Shown here piece by piece: positions 1 through 13,320 of a stretch of DNA of 64,000 bases. The position numbers and the translations under genes are program-made. The number at the start of each line of letters is the position of its first letter. Position 1 is the stretch's first letter. The notes beneath the pieces are model-generated. The model was not told the DNA's origin, searched no databases, and saw only the letters and a list, made by a program, of their open reading frames with translations. Origin of the DNA: Tricharina praecox (Eukaryota); contig NW_026250415.1 in NCBI RefSeq assembly GCF_024521635.1, positions 124,001 to 188,000 of the forward strand, given 5' to 3'.

Positions 1-1172
1 AGCTGCAGCAGCCATCATCCACCGGACGCAGCAAGACAGGCGAAGAGAAGACGCGGAGTCTCGGAAAACCATCAGCATCACCATCAGCATCGGCATCCCA
101 TCCATTCGAAGGAAGGAAGATCAAGAAGAAGACGAAGCAGAAGAAGAAGAAGAAAAGAAAAGAAGAAAGGACACCCCACTCCCCCTTACCCCATCCAATC
201 AATAGCAACTGCAAATAGCCCCCCTCATCCCCCCGGGGGCCTGCTAGCCGCCATCAAAATTCACACCCCCCCCCCCCCCCCCCCATTTCCACCCCCATTT
301 CCACCCAGCTCGATTATCCCAATACGCTTTCTCCCTCTCCCTTTCCACATTTCCTGGAATTGCCCCCGGCTACGGCTTCTGAGCCCTGCCCGCCCGCCTG
401 TCTGCCTGCCTGCTTGCCTGCCTGCCTCGTCACCCACCGCCATTCGTCCATCAGTCGTACCAAACCATCCTTCCATCCATCCATCCTCCATCCGAGAGAG
501 AGAAGAAATATCGGCACCGTTTCAATCCGCCCGCGCCTGATTTCTCCTGCGGCGCATTGCTGCTGCACCTGCCATTTCCTGATCTGCCTGCCACCTGTAC
601 AAACCTACCTACTCTACTCACTCACTCATTTACTCACTTCCCTATTCGACTGTCGGCCTCCCCCGTCAGAGTCAGCAATTCCTCCAGCAAACAAAAAAGT
701 GCCTCCCCCCCTCGATTAAGTTTCTGCCCTTCCGAAAATACTCCCAAAAGTGACCGCCAAATCGACATCGTTTCTCGTGTCTTTTACCCCTATCCGATTC
801 CGTGTATTACCCCCCGCCGACTCCCACCGCCCACCATCGCTACTAATCGGGCTCGGCATCCGCACTACTGCCATTTCAGACGACATCCGGTAAGGGTAGA
901 CGCTGCTCTACTCGGGCGTGTCCATCCTACTAACGCGCCGCCCTCCCTCCTCTTCATCGGTCGCCCTCCCTTCCAACTCCCTCTAACTACCTACACTATC
1001 TACCCCCGATTACTACCACTACCATCAACACAACCACATCTCCTCCTCCACCACCTCCTCCTCCCCCGCCTCCCCCTCCCTCCTCCCCCACCCTTCCTCC
1101 CTTCCCACCCTCCCCTCCCCCTCCCCCTCCCCCCCAACATCCCCTCTAGCCAACACACCGGACAAGAGGGAG

Positions 1173-4100
1173 ATGTCGACCTCAGCGGTATCCCAAGCGG
1201 CTGCGCCCGCACCAGCTTCGCCGAGTGGCCCCCCTCGAGGTGCCCGCCCCCCGCATCCACGACCGACTACCTACAGCGGACCGTCGCCGAGCGCCCCGCA
1301 CTCGTCCGGTTCGACATCGGCTGGTACACCTAACGGACCCCCGATCCCACCACCGCCGCGCACGAGTAGCAAGACACAGACTCCGACCGCAGCTACGCCC
1401 CCAGAGTCCCGCGCAGGTAATTCTACACGCGGAGGAGGAGACGGTGCAAATGATCGAGATCGGGATAGGGATCGCCGGAGAACGGAAGACGGTCGTACGC
1501 GTCAGGATCAGCCCCCCGTTGGTCGTTCGAATTCGACGCGTGGCACCTCCTCCTCGTCGCGAGGCAATAGCAATAGCGCGCCGCAACAGGGAGACCCATC
1601 ACGCTCCAACACGAGACGCAGACAGGATTCTGAGTCGAGTGGTAACAAGCGAGGCAATGGCGGCGGCAGCAGTAACCCCGTTAGCAGTAATGGTGACGAG
1701 CAGTCGCAACAAACTTCCTCGAATAGGCGCGCTCACACGAGAAAGGAGACTCGCTTCGGTGAGTATATCCTCGGACAAACTTTGGGCGAGGGAGAGTTTG
1801 GCAAGGTCAAGCTCGGATGGAGGCGAGACGGTGGTGTACAGGTAAAGTTCATTCCTTTTTGTTTCTCTTTCTCTTTATGTTTCCATCGCGTTTCGACTTC
1901 GGAAATGTTTCCGAATTAGCGATTTTTTTTTGTCGATGCAGCTTACTGAGTCGTCTCCCCCTTTCCCGTTGTTTTAGGTAGCGATTAAGCTCATACGACG
2001 AGACTCGATCTCACCGCACCCAAATCGCATATCTAAGATATATCGCGAGATTGCGATCCTCCGCACGTTGTCGCACCCCAATATTGTCAGCCTCCGGGAA
2101 ATGGTCGAAACAGAACGCCACATCGGAATCATTCTCGAATATGCGTCCGGTGGAGAATTATTTGATTATATTCTCACCCACCGATATCTCAAAGATCCAC
2201 CGGCCTGTCGTCTGTTCGCGCAGCTGGTGTCAGGCGTTGGATACTTGCATAAAAAGGGAATCGTGCATCGAGACCTGAAACTTGAAAACCTCCTGTTGGA
2301 CCGTAATAGGAACATCATCATTACGGATTTTGGTTTTGCTAATGTGTTCGATCCCAAAGACGAGCTCGGGGACTTGGAAGACCGTCTCGACGATCCGGTA
2401 ATCATCAAGGAACTCGAGAAAGGTGTTCCCCACACCGACCGTACGCCGGATGGGAGCAGTCTGTTGAGCATAGTCGGACCCGGCCAGATACGGAGACGGG
2501 GCGACCTGATGGCTACCAGTTGTGGCAGCCCTTGCTACGCGGCACCAGAACTGGTTGTTAGTGACGGACTATACACGGGCCGCAAGGTGGACGTCTGGTC
2601 GTGTGGTGTTATCCTGGTATGGGCTTCCTTGCGAGTTTCGTTTCGTTTCGTTTCCGTGTTCTTGGTGCTAATCTCTGTTCTGCTCGATTCGATTAGTACG
2701 CGATGCTGGCAGGATACCTACCTTTCGATGACGATCCCGCGAATCCCGAAGGCGACAATATAAATTTGCTGTACAAGTACATAGTATCTACTTCGCTCAC
2801 ATTCCCTGAATACGTCACGCCTCATGCGCGTGATCTTCTGCGAAGGATCCTAGTGCCGGATCCACGTAGGAGAGCGGATCTCTTCGAGGTTGCGCGACAC
2901 AGTTGGTTGAGTCCGTTCGCCGACATCGTCAATAAGGTTACCAGCGCGACTACCGGAATCAAGGATGTTGAAACAATCACTGTCCGAGGTTTGCCGCATC
3001 TCTTTTTTTGTTCCTCGACCTCGTGGATGCGCGATTACTGACATCCGGAATTCCGTATAGAACCCAAGCCTGAGCCCCCCGTGCTTACCAGGTCAGCGTC
3101 TGTACGAGAACCATCATCCACAAGTCACCCGCATGCTCCCGGCGCGCTCGGCACGAGACACCACCCCCATGAGCAGATCGTTCCGGCGACGCAACCCAAG
3201 CCCTCCGGTGACAATAAGCGTCGCACCGTACAAGTCGAATACGTTGAGCCTCAGCAGCAGACGCAGAGGGGATCAGCTGTCGATCCGGATGTCGCATCCA
3301 AGAGGACCGAGGAAGCCAATGACGCTGCGCCTCCGCCAGTGGTCGCCACCCACAAGGAGCACAAGGATGGAAGCATCTCTCGCGCTGCCACCACGGCTGG
3401 AACCACCCGTGAACGCACGTATCGCGACGCCCGGGAATCTCGTGGTGCGCCCAAAGAGGGACCGAGAGCACCGATGCCAGATGCGAAGGGAAGGCGCCCG
3501 GTCTCGTACCAACAGTCGACCAGCGCGTCCCGAGCTTCTGCTGCTGCTGCTGCTGCGGCGGCGGCGGCCACTGCTTCTGACGGACCTTCATCTAACCCTC
3601 CAACAAGACGGCCGAGCAAGGACAGGACTGGACCTCCGGTGGCTGGCAAGCCCGTGACGGCCCCGAACAGTTCCGGAAAGGACAATTCTTCAGGTACGAA
3701 CACCACTGCCAATCCCCCGCGGTCGGATTTTTTGCCCTCGCGAGGGGGTAGTTACTCTTTACCGGCGGCACCGAGCGTGGCTGCTAACAATGTCCAAGGG
3801 AGGATTGCGATGCCATCTAGCGGAAACCCTTACATCAGTGCCCCGATCCTGCAGGGTGACAGCCTTAACCCGGATCTCGCCGCAAACCGTCCCGCCACCC
3901 AGCCGGAACAACAGCTACCGAAGGGCCACAAGCGCGCGAACACGGTCGGTGGAGCCGCTGGCGATTCGAACCGGTTCCTTGGCAAGATTATTGGAAATTC
4001 CGAGAGGCCTACGGAACCTGCTGCTAGACCTGCGGTCGTTGGCGGTACCCCTACTACCGACCCTAGGCAATCGATCGACCAGGGAGCGCGTATGAAGATG

Positions 4101-4577
4101 GAGAAGTCAGCATCTGCGCCCAAGAGCCGCCGCTTCAGCCTCCTGCCCACCTCGTTCTCACTGAGGAGCATGACCGGAGAGGGAAAGCACGAGCGCAAGC
4201 TCTCGAGGACCAACTCCAGGCAGTACAACTCTGCTGCACAGAACCAACAGCAGTCACCTCAAGTGCAGAGCCAGCCTCAGCTTGGTGCCTCTCATCACCA
4301 CAGTAACGATACCGAGAGCGCCATGACGGGATCCGACACCTCTCTGGCTGCTGGATCCGCGCCTGCTTCCGCGTTCGGTCGTGCTAGTGCTGATGTCGAC
4401 TCGCCTAATGCCCCGGCCCCCAACAAGAAGACCATGCTCTCCAAGCATAAGAGACTAGGAGACGCCTTCGAGGGTGAATCCAGCAGTGGAGGACACGGCA
4501 GCAGTGGACCCGCGCGTCGCGTGATGGACTTCTTTAGGAGACGAGGCACTGCGCGCAGCAAGGGAGAGAAGGCTTAG
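1173..4577 (+). CDS. kin4: Kin4/KfsA-like Ser/Thr protein kinase; exons 1173-1841, 1978-2616, 2697-2988, 3061-4577
   Basis: Motifs [41 protein letters not shown] and [35 protein letters not shown] and [11 protein letters not shown] are typical of Kin4-family tails. Three GT-AG introns join the frames. Confidence 0.9.
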
Positions 4578-5523
4578 ATGCCGGCTTATCTTTTCCACTT
4601 GACATTTTCGACTGTAGAGCGCTCGGTCATGAGTTTCGGCGAGAACACGACTATTGGGGAGGAGCAAACTCACTACTCATACTCATAGTCTTTTTTTTTT
4701 GTCTTTTCTACTGTAGAACCAACGGGGGACTAGTTCTGTTACATGGGGCGTGGGGGATCATGGGCATAGCTACTACAAACGATGGTTTCCACTGTTGACT
4801 TGCTTCTTTTTTTTACTTCTGCTCTTTTCTCTTTTCTCTTTTCATTCACAACTTCATACTTGCGTGGCATGGTTTGAGGAGTTTGATTCTTTTTTTCTTT
4901 CTTCTTCTTCACTTTCTTTTCTCTGTTAAATCTTGCCGATCCTCCTATTACTGTAACAGGCCTTTTTCTTTTTCCGTTCATCCCTTTTTTTTCTTCTTTT
5001 TTTGTTGCTCTTCGTTCGTTTTCTCTGATTCCCCTTTGTTGTGTGTGCACTGTAGTGTGTGTAGTGTCTGTCTGTCTGTGGAGTGTGTGGCTGTGTGTGT
5101 GTTGTGTGCTGTGTGCTGTGCGTGTCTGTGTGCGCTTATCAATGCTCGATTCCCCCATGTGCGTGTGTGTTTTTATGTTGTTTTTTCTTTTTTCTTCTCT
5201 TTTTATTCAAAGAAGCGGGTGGGGACTGGCGGGGGTAGTAACTATGGTTCTGGAGGGACGGAGGAGGAGGAGGGTGAAGAGCGGTGATAAAGTGTAGTAC
5301 GGTACCCACATACCTACATACGTATGGGTGCTGGTAGTGCAACTCTGTGCAACTCTCTGAGTCTCGGTGCAGCTCTCTGTCAGTGCAGCTCTCTGTCTGT
5401 GCACGATGATATTGAACGGGGCATTTTTTTTCTTCTCTTCTCTTCTCTTCTTAATCTGCTTCTTACTTGCTTGCTTGCTTGGCTACATACATACTTCCTA
5501 CTTGTGGTGTGCGTTTATCGACG

Positions 5524-5605
5524 GGGATGGCAGCGGGATGGGAGCGGGATGGGCAGCGGGATGGGCAGCGGGATGGGCAGCGGGATGGGCAGCGGGATGG
5601 GAGCG
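5524..5605. repeat. 12-bp minisatellite (GGGATGGGCAGC)n, ~6-7 copies
   Basis: Directly visible tandem array. Confidence 0.9.
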
Positions 5606-5865
5606 GGCGGGGAGCGGTGCAGGAGCAATTGTTGGATTGGATACGGATACCCACTCGGTTGTTGGTTTTTTGTGATTACTTGCTGTTGCTTGTAGCTTCT
5701 TGCTTGCTTGCCTGGTTGTGACGCGTTCGGAGGCCTTGGGCGGTGTTTAATGGCGATTGGGGCGGGGGGTATGGGTGATAGATGAGTGGCGGACACGGAG
5801 GAGGGGATACACGGCGGACACGGAGGAGGAGGGGCATGGCGAGGCGCGGTAGAGAGAACGAGGGG

Positions 5866-5868
<3 letters not shown>

Positions 5869-5903
<35 letters not shown>
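5869..5903. repeat. poly-G homopolymer (~35 nt)
   Basis: Directly visible. Confidence 0.95.
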
Positions 5904-5904
<1 letters not shown>

Positions 5905-6101
5905 GTCTGTACATGAAATGTAATATTAATTGGAGTGCTGGCCCACTGCTGGGCCGGGGGGGATCAATCTGGATTCTAAAGTTCTAAAGTTTGGAAGTTG
6001 TGAAGTTTTGAAGATGCGGACGAGAGCTGGACAGTGGAGAGCTGGACAATGGACAGTCGAGACCGTGGTCTGTGGGAATGAAGTGCCTACCGGTATGTAC
6101 A

Positions 6102-6160
6102 GGCAGCGTGAAGGCAGCGTGAAGGCAGCGTGAAGGCAGCGTGAAGGCAGCGTGAAGGCA
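6102..6160. repeat. 11-bp tandem repeat (GGCAGCGTGAA)n, ~5 copies
   Basis: Directly visible. Confidence 0.9.
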
Positions 6161-6439
6161 GAAGCATGGGCATTACTCGCTTGGCGGGGTGCTCCGCGAT
6201 GTCAGCGGACTGGCAATGGCAATAGGCAATGGGTGTGCTGCGTGCGTGAAAAGGTAAAACGGCCATCCTGCGTAACTGAAATTACGAAACGCAGTTACGC
6301 AGGGGCAGAGGTACACTATACACGCTGGTGCATGTCGGTGCATGGTTTCGGGCACTGTTGCTATTCGATTAGGTACTTTGAGGGTAGTCCGGCGAGCACA
6401 GCAACGATTACTCTATCCCGTTCTCGGGATATATGTAGT

Positions 6440-7915
6440 CTGACGACCAATCTGTCCGATTAGGCGTGAGTGAGCACAGGTCCGTATTATAGTAGGTAGT
6501 TACATGCGGACACGCGAGCACAGGAGATCGCTCGGCTGTGGCTGTTAATCGCGCGGAATTGGGCTTCGGTCGCAGTTGGAGTATTACGGGGAGGAAAGGC
6601 AGGCCGAAAGGAGCAGGAGGAGAAGCTGCGGTCACCCCCCACACCCTTCTTTATGGTATCTCCTGATGAAGAGGCAGCGGGCAGGATGGAGTAAACGGAA
6701 TTTGGCTTTTCCTGGTGTTATTTGGTGTGCTCTATAGTGCTGGTATTGTTGGGAGGTCCGGATTGCACGCGGGCAGGCGGGCACGAGAGATCACTCATAT
6801 GTGGCTGTTATTCGAGCAGAACAGAAAGTGGGTTTTGTCGTGGTCAGATTGAAGTATTGTGCCTATTATTGAATTAATCGGCTGGTATCTGGGCGGAAGT
6901 CGTTTTGGTCGTGGTTGAACTTTCGGTGAAAAGGGTGGGATGCTTGAAACGGAGTATTGTAGATTTTCCAGCGGAAGATATATCCGCGCCAAGCGGTTTA
7001 CACACGCAGCGTTGGAGGATAGGATTTGCCGTGATGTGGTGATGGGGGTGGGTGGTATTCGGTGAGGTTAAATATGGTATAACGACCAACCTTGCTACTA
7101 GAAATGGGCGAATACAGGTGCGGATTGCACCCGGCACACGAGATCACTCGTTCAATAGTCGAGCGGAAAATATTTTGGTGGTGGTTGAACTTACGGTGTG
7201 AGGGGTATGTAGGATGCTTGAAACGGAATTTTGAAAGCAGGCCATGTCATAGTGCCGAACGTGTGGGAGGGGGAAGGGGGAGCAGCTTCACCGTGGCTAG
7301 ACAACACAAGCCGTTCCTCGCCGCCGCCGCTCAGCGTCCGTGGAGGTGTGTTGCGCTGAATCTTTCCCCTGTCGATTCCTGCTCGTAGGCGTGAAGGTGA
7401 GGGACGGGGGGAGGGAGCCCGCTTAGGAGGCTCAGAGGGGAGGCTCTGCGTGACGGCCCACGCACCGATACGTGGGGCGCGTTTCAGGCGGTTACTAACA
7501 TTTGATGGCGTGGTGTAGCGAGAACACTTTTGCTGGCAACAGCAGAAGAAGAGAGTTCGAATCTCTTTGCTATCTTCATTTCTGCAGTCAAAATACCTTC
7601 AGGGGGCATTATGACTGCAGATATGTTTTGATTTTTTGCCATCCGAGTCGACGGAAGCTCTGGATCCAACCAACAGCACAGCGATGTCATCGCCGATCGA
7701 ATCGCTACAACCGTGTTACTCTTGCTCTTGCACTGCCGACGACAGCCATGTAGACATCGCCAGAATTCTGGCATGTCCCCCCCCCCCTCCGATCCAATCA
7801 TAGAATAGCATTCGGTGGTGCAGCAACTTGGCTAATCCGGCTAGAAGTTTGTGCCGTGGTCCGGAAGTAGGGATGCGATACCGAACCGCTATGGCTTAAG
7901 CAGGGAGTAGCAGCG
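6440..7915. repeat. Degenerate direct-repeat block A (paralogous to 11090-12875)
   Basis: 7385-7915 aligns by eye with 12125-12875, e.g. the shared ggctctgcgtgacggcccacgcac and gaagtttgtgccgtg. Variants of the core GCAC(A/G)GGAGATCACTCGGCTGTTA occur at ~6517, ~6780 and ~7133. Confidence 0.75.
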
Positions 7916-9952
7916 ACGGCCCCTATTTGGTACACCGTACACGCCGGTGCATGGTTTCGGTCACTGTTGCTATACTCTACCGTAAAGCCCCGGAAGAACG
8001 GCAAGTTAGCAACGAATATCCCGTCCTCTTAGGGCTCTCAAAGTTCCACTTTGGCGTCCGCAGCAGTGGTCCGGTGGCGATCAGGCTCCCCGGGTGGTGT
8101 TGCCTCTTGAGAAACCTCCGTACCGTGAGGAGAGGTGTTGGTCGTAGTTTCCGGCGGTGGTGAGTTGGTGGTGGCGGCCGGCTCTACGCCTTACACACGA
8201 AGTTTCAATGCGTCGGGAAAGACTGGGCTGGACTGTACTATCTAGAACACTGGATGGCTACGAGCCTACTATAAACATTGGGTCATAACGAGCTCGAAAA
8301 GTTACAAAATCATTGAGGATGCAGTTATCTGTGATACAATTGAAAGAGAGAAAAACACAGATCCGACCGTAACCTGGTCACCCTCCTCCCCTTCCTCCCC
8401 TTCCTCGGCCTCCTCATCGACATCGTTTCCGCTGTCTCCGTACGAGACGTCTTCGTCATCGTCATCTTCGTCTTCGTCCTCTTCGTCCTTCTCCTCCATC
8501 TCTTCCGCGCCACCTAAGTGGCTCGTTTGTCCCCCCATCTCTGCAATGCGAAAGACAAAAACATCCCAACACCCCTCCCTACACCCCACTAGCATTCCAA
8601 CGGAGACAATCCCCAGAGGAATTACTCCAATGGAGACAGTCCCAGAGCCTGGTTAAGCAGCTCCTCCTCCTCCCCGATATGCGCGGACTTGATGCCGGTG
8701 GCTTTTTTATCCCCCCAGCTCCTGGGGGGTAGCAGCTGGGCTACTGCCGGTTGATGTTCCGTTCGGATTGATCGTTGGGATATCGGATTGCGATGTACTG
8801 TGATACGGATTTCGGCGATCGAGCGGAAGAGTCTTCTTCCGCATCTTTCGAGGAGGCTTCCTCCTCTCATCATCTTCATTCTCCCTATCCTCCCTTTCTT
8901 CTTCGCCACCATTGTGGCTCCCCCCCTCTCCCCTGGCTTGGGCTGGGGCAGATGTAGGCTCGCGGCCGCGCCTTCCAGCCCACCCCTCATCTCATCCGTC
9001 GGGGCGAGCGTAGTGGGAGCGGGTGAAAACAGAAATTCGATCGAGCGAAGCTTCGAGCCCCGGATAATGGTAGCGATGGCGTCTAGGAAGGATAGGCGCT
9101 ATTCTCGCATTCGGAGGTGCTTGTGGGGGTGTCCGAGCCTCGCCAGAACTGCTATCATAGGTGGGCTCGGCCAGGGCAAGAAGCGCGAATGCTCCCGCCG
9201 TATCCGATTGAGATCGCGAAGAAGAACCCCCACGATAATGTAAGCGTTTCATGTGTAGGACAGCTAAGCACGGGGATGGATTAGGGGACGGTAGGAAGGG
9301 ATGTCTCCGGCAGAGAATGCTTTCATTCACAGTGAAAGAAGGACGGAACATCGCGGAAGAGAGGAGGAGTAAGTATTACGTACCATACGCCACGCCACAC
9401 TGCCAAGAGGGAGAGCGGAAGTTGATCGTTGAGGAGGTGGAAGGGGGAGGGAGAGAGAAGAGATTGAGTGGAGTAGAACTGTGTCGAGAAGGGGAAGGTA
9501 GAACGAGGGCGATGATGTTAGAGTAGTGATAAGGTTGAAGCTCGAGAGAAAGGAAGTTGATTGTGAAGTAGAACTGTAGTAAGAAGGGAGAGTAGAAAGA
9601 AAACTGGTGGTGAAGTAGGAAGAAGGGGGAGAAAGAGAGAGGACGAAGGAAAAGCGAGACCATACGGGTTAAGCCCCATGCGGTGCTTTCAATTGAATCG
9701 CCGTAGCGTCGTCATTGCAGGTTGTCACTTTTTTTTTGTTTAATCATTGATTGCATGCGACCTATTTAGATCATGGCAATATCACCCCGTCCACCCCCCT
9801 GTTTCCACGCCACTGTCTAACCCGGCTTGCACCGAGCGGCCCGGTGTGGCTTTCCCTGCCCCGCCCCGGGCTGTCCCAGAAAAGTAGATACACGGTAAAG
9901 ACTGAAATGGGCCTGCATACCCGCCCGCCCCTTCCCACATCTCCTCTCTCCC

Positions 9953-10812
9953 CTACGGGCTGACTCGCCCGCTCTTCCCACCTGCCCTCTGTCCCTTCGT
10001 TTGAGGGTTTTCCAAATCCTTCTTATGGGGTTTGGGTGCCTTTTTCGGCCTGGCGTTCTTGCTCCCGCCGATGAAGACGGTCACATGTACGCCGCCCCTG
10101 CCGCGAGCAATATCAGCCCACGACGGGACGCTTCCCTCTCTTCCAAATCTCGTCCCTCTCTTCTCCGCTTTCCCTTTCCGCTTCCTCTCAACCTTCTTCC
10201 ATCCCTCATCCGTCTCAGTGTCACAAGGAGGAGGCGCTGCGGACACGGCAGATGCTGGTGGTTCAGGTTGTATGGAGTCGGACTCCAATTCCCTATGCTC
10301 AGATTGCTCAGGCGTCGGGGTGGGTGGGTTGGCTCTTGCCAGCTTCTCCGGTTGGTGCGGGGTGGGCGGCCCCGTCCGTTTCCGTTTCGGCCGCGGAGGT
10401 GGTGTCGATGATGGGGGTGGCAGTGGCTGTGTAGCTTGCACTGGCGTTTGCTCCCGGAGTGCTCGGTCCTCCTCTGTGAGCTTGTCGATCTTCTCACTCA
10501 TCGTCTCCATAAGGGCTTTGAGGTCCCTTATATCCTGTCGCGTCTCTCGTACCGCTGATACGAGTACTTTGACGCATCCTACTGACTCTTCGGCAACAGT
10601 CCTAACGGGCCGAAGCTCGTGGAGAAAATCTCCTGAAGGTCTTGGTACAGGTGGTGGATTTCGTCAATGATCGGCGAAGCGACAGATTCGTCGAGACCAA
10701 GGACAGAACGATCCTCTTCCTCCATTGGCTCTGAGGGCGGTGGAGGGGAGGCGGTGCACTGGCGAGCCAGGTGCCCGAGACGACCGCAGTTGTAGCAATT
10801 GCGATACGACAT
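9953..10812 (-). mobile_element. Retroelement gag/ORF1-like relic (CCHC zinc knuckle, coiled coil, Pro-rich linker, SWADIA motif), interrupted
   Basis: CYNCGRLGHLARQC fits CX2CX4HX4C. The downstream ORF has GWKKVERK and PSWADIAR motifs reminiscent of fungal non-LTR ORF1. An A9 tract follows on the minus strand at 9729-9737. No RT seen. Confidence 0.65.
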
Positions 10813-11089
10813 TCCAAGAGGGGTAGGAATGAAGCCGGAGAATTTTTCGCGATGATGGAATCAGCGAATAGGAACATGGCACGCGCTTAGCGTCTTGGTG
10901 AACCTAGGATGCGAGTGTGTTGTAGCGGGGATCGTTGATTGCGGGTTGTCACTGCCGGCGAGGCATGAGTTGTCACCCGCACTGCGAGTGAGGACCCATG
11001 AAGAGCTGTGGGAGAACCAGGGTTTTACACAGTCCAGGCAGGCTGTACGAGATCGCTCCGATTCCAGTAACATCTGTTGCAGTGGTGCT

Positions 11090-12875
11090 CAGGAAGACCA
11101 GGCGGCTGTCGACCCGTCGACCTGCCTGTCGGAGGACGGATGCTGTACTTACTACCTACCACCTAGGTAGTATACCCGATCGATCATTCCGCGGCGTTGG
11201 GGGGTAGGGATTTCCTGTTATGTGAGAATGGAGATAGGCAGTGAGCGGTGGAGTTACGAGTGGTATGTCGACCAACCTTGCAAGTTGCCACCACCACCAC
11301 TGGACATGAGCGAGCTCGGACAGGTCCGGATTACAGGTGAGCACAGGAGATCACTCGGCTGTTAATCGCGCACAGCCAAAAAGTTGTAGTCGCGGTCAGA
11401 TTGAAGTATTATCGCCATTGTTAGATCAGTCAGCTGGTATTCGGGTAGAAAGTGGTTTCGGTCACGGTTAAAGAAAGTATTGTCCCATTCAACCTGCGGT
11501 GTGAGAGGTACATACTAGGAAGCTTGAAACAAAATGTCAGAGACAGCCTACGGGCCGTGTTATATATAGATGTTCCAGCGGAAGAGATGATCGCGCTAAA
11601 TAGTCTACACGCGCGCTGAAGCTGATGATGGGACAGATTTAGTGCTTCACCGTGGATATCTACTATAGAGGGCCCAAGCCGTTTCTCATCGCTGCGAGAC
11701 GGCTGTCGACTTGTGGGAGGACAGGCACTGTATACTCGGTCGATAATTTCGCAGCATTGGAGGATAGGCATTCTTTGCGACGTGGGGATGGGGGTGCGGG
11801 TTAGAGGTGGGGTTATAAGTGGTAAAACGACCAACCTTGCCACTAGGAATGAGTGATTACAGGTCTAGATTGCAGGCGGGCACGGGAGATCACTCGGCTG
11901 TTATTCGCGCGGAAATGGTTTTGGTTGCGGTTATAGGATTACGGGAGGGAAGGTAAGCAGGGAGGAGTCCGTGTAGAGGAGGAGAAAGAGCAGGAGGAAG
12001 AGATACTGAGGCTCCCGACCTTCACCTCCGTTGAGGAAGCTTTATCGGCACCTTTGCGACGAACATTGCATCGTAGCAGTGTTACCGCTCGCGGGTAATC
12101 TTTTGTTTTCTTTTCATTGCTGCCCGTAGGCGTGAAGATAGGGTGTGTGGGGGAGATTGGAGGAGAGAGCCCACTTAGGAGGCTCTGAGGGGGGCTCTGC
12201 GTGACGGCCCACGCACTGGTACGTGGGGCGCGTTTCGGAGTAGTTATTAACATGAGGTGGCGTGGTGTAGTGGCAACACGTTTGCTGGCAACAGCGGAAG
12301 ACGAGGGTTCAAATCCCTTTGCTATCTCTACGCCTTGGGGATTTTGAGATTCTGTTATTTCAAGACTCCCAAGGCCGACTCTTTTTTGCCATCTGAGCCG
12401 CCGGATTCTCTGGATACAACTATCAGCACAGCGATGTCCTTGCTGATGCATTTGATCCGAACCAAACCGCTGCAACCGGTGTTGCTCTCGCTCTTCCTCT
12501 TGCACTTCAGACAACGACGACCGTGTGGACGCCTCCCAAATTCTGGCATGCCCCCCAACCCCCCCAAGAAAACACTGGCGAATGTGTATGTAAATCAGCC
12601 AGGAGAAATGGAATGGGATTGATTTAATATGTACTGACGTACCCAATCCACCCTATGAATAGATAATAGTTCCAAATCCACCGGACCGATCGACAGCAGT
12701 GAACCGTGCCCTGAAGACCTCCCCTCCCCGATCAAGTCATAGAATATCATTCGGTGGGCATCAACTTTGCTGATCCAGCTGGAAGTTTGTGCCGTGCCGT
12801 GCTCCGGAAGTCCAAGCAGGCATGCGGTACCGAACCGCTAATAGCTATGGTGGTAAGCATGGAGTAAACAGTAAT
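11090..12875. repeat. Degenerate direct-repeat block B (paralogous to 6440-7915)
   Basis: Same core motif at ~11340 and ~11879; long similarity to block A. Confidence 0.75.
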
Positions 12876-13320
12876 GAATTATAGAACGGCCCTGCCGTAT
12901 GCCAAAGCTGATCGGTACTGCCAACTGAACTGGTTGGAAACTTCGGGTAAGCTGACCAGCAGCGAAGATTTGAAGAGAACCTTTGGGTGACCATGCACGT
13001 CCTGCCGCCGGAAGTGCAAGTCTCTGGACGAGGGAGTGATCGGATGGGGAGCTTCACATTGCACGCCTCATTGGATAGTGGACACTCGGGGCTGGGCCCC
13101 CAGCCGTTCGTGGCTTGTCATCAATCAGAGAAAGCGGTTGCCCGGTAGAATCGGAGTCTGGACTCTGGAGAGAGGGATTTATTTCCAAAAAATGAGGAAC
13201 GGATGGGGAAAAAACGGGAATTTTATGTCATTGCTATTGGCCACAGCGATCAAGATTCAAGGCGTTGATTCCGTGAAATACATTGTCATTGCCCAGTATG
13301 TTTCCTCCCCGCATTGAATC

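Noticed and set aside
2350-2500. Long insertion in the kinase activation segment after DFG
   Set aside because: Such an insert is usual in fungal Kin4-family kinases.
4739-5800. Several 80-140-aa ORFs downstream of the kinase
   Set aside because: Products of T-rich, GT-rich and minisatellite sequence in a 3' UTR or intergenic region.
8300-9660. Acidic and low-complexity minus-strand ORF fragments
   Set aside because: Broken by stops and frameshifts with no recognisable domain; at most a decayed gene.
6440-12000. Recurring ~35-bp motif considered as a CRISPR-like array
   Set aside because: Spacing is irregular, the intervening sequences are themselves homologous, and the genome is eukaryotic.
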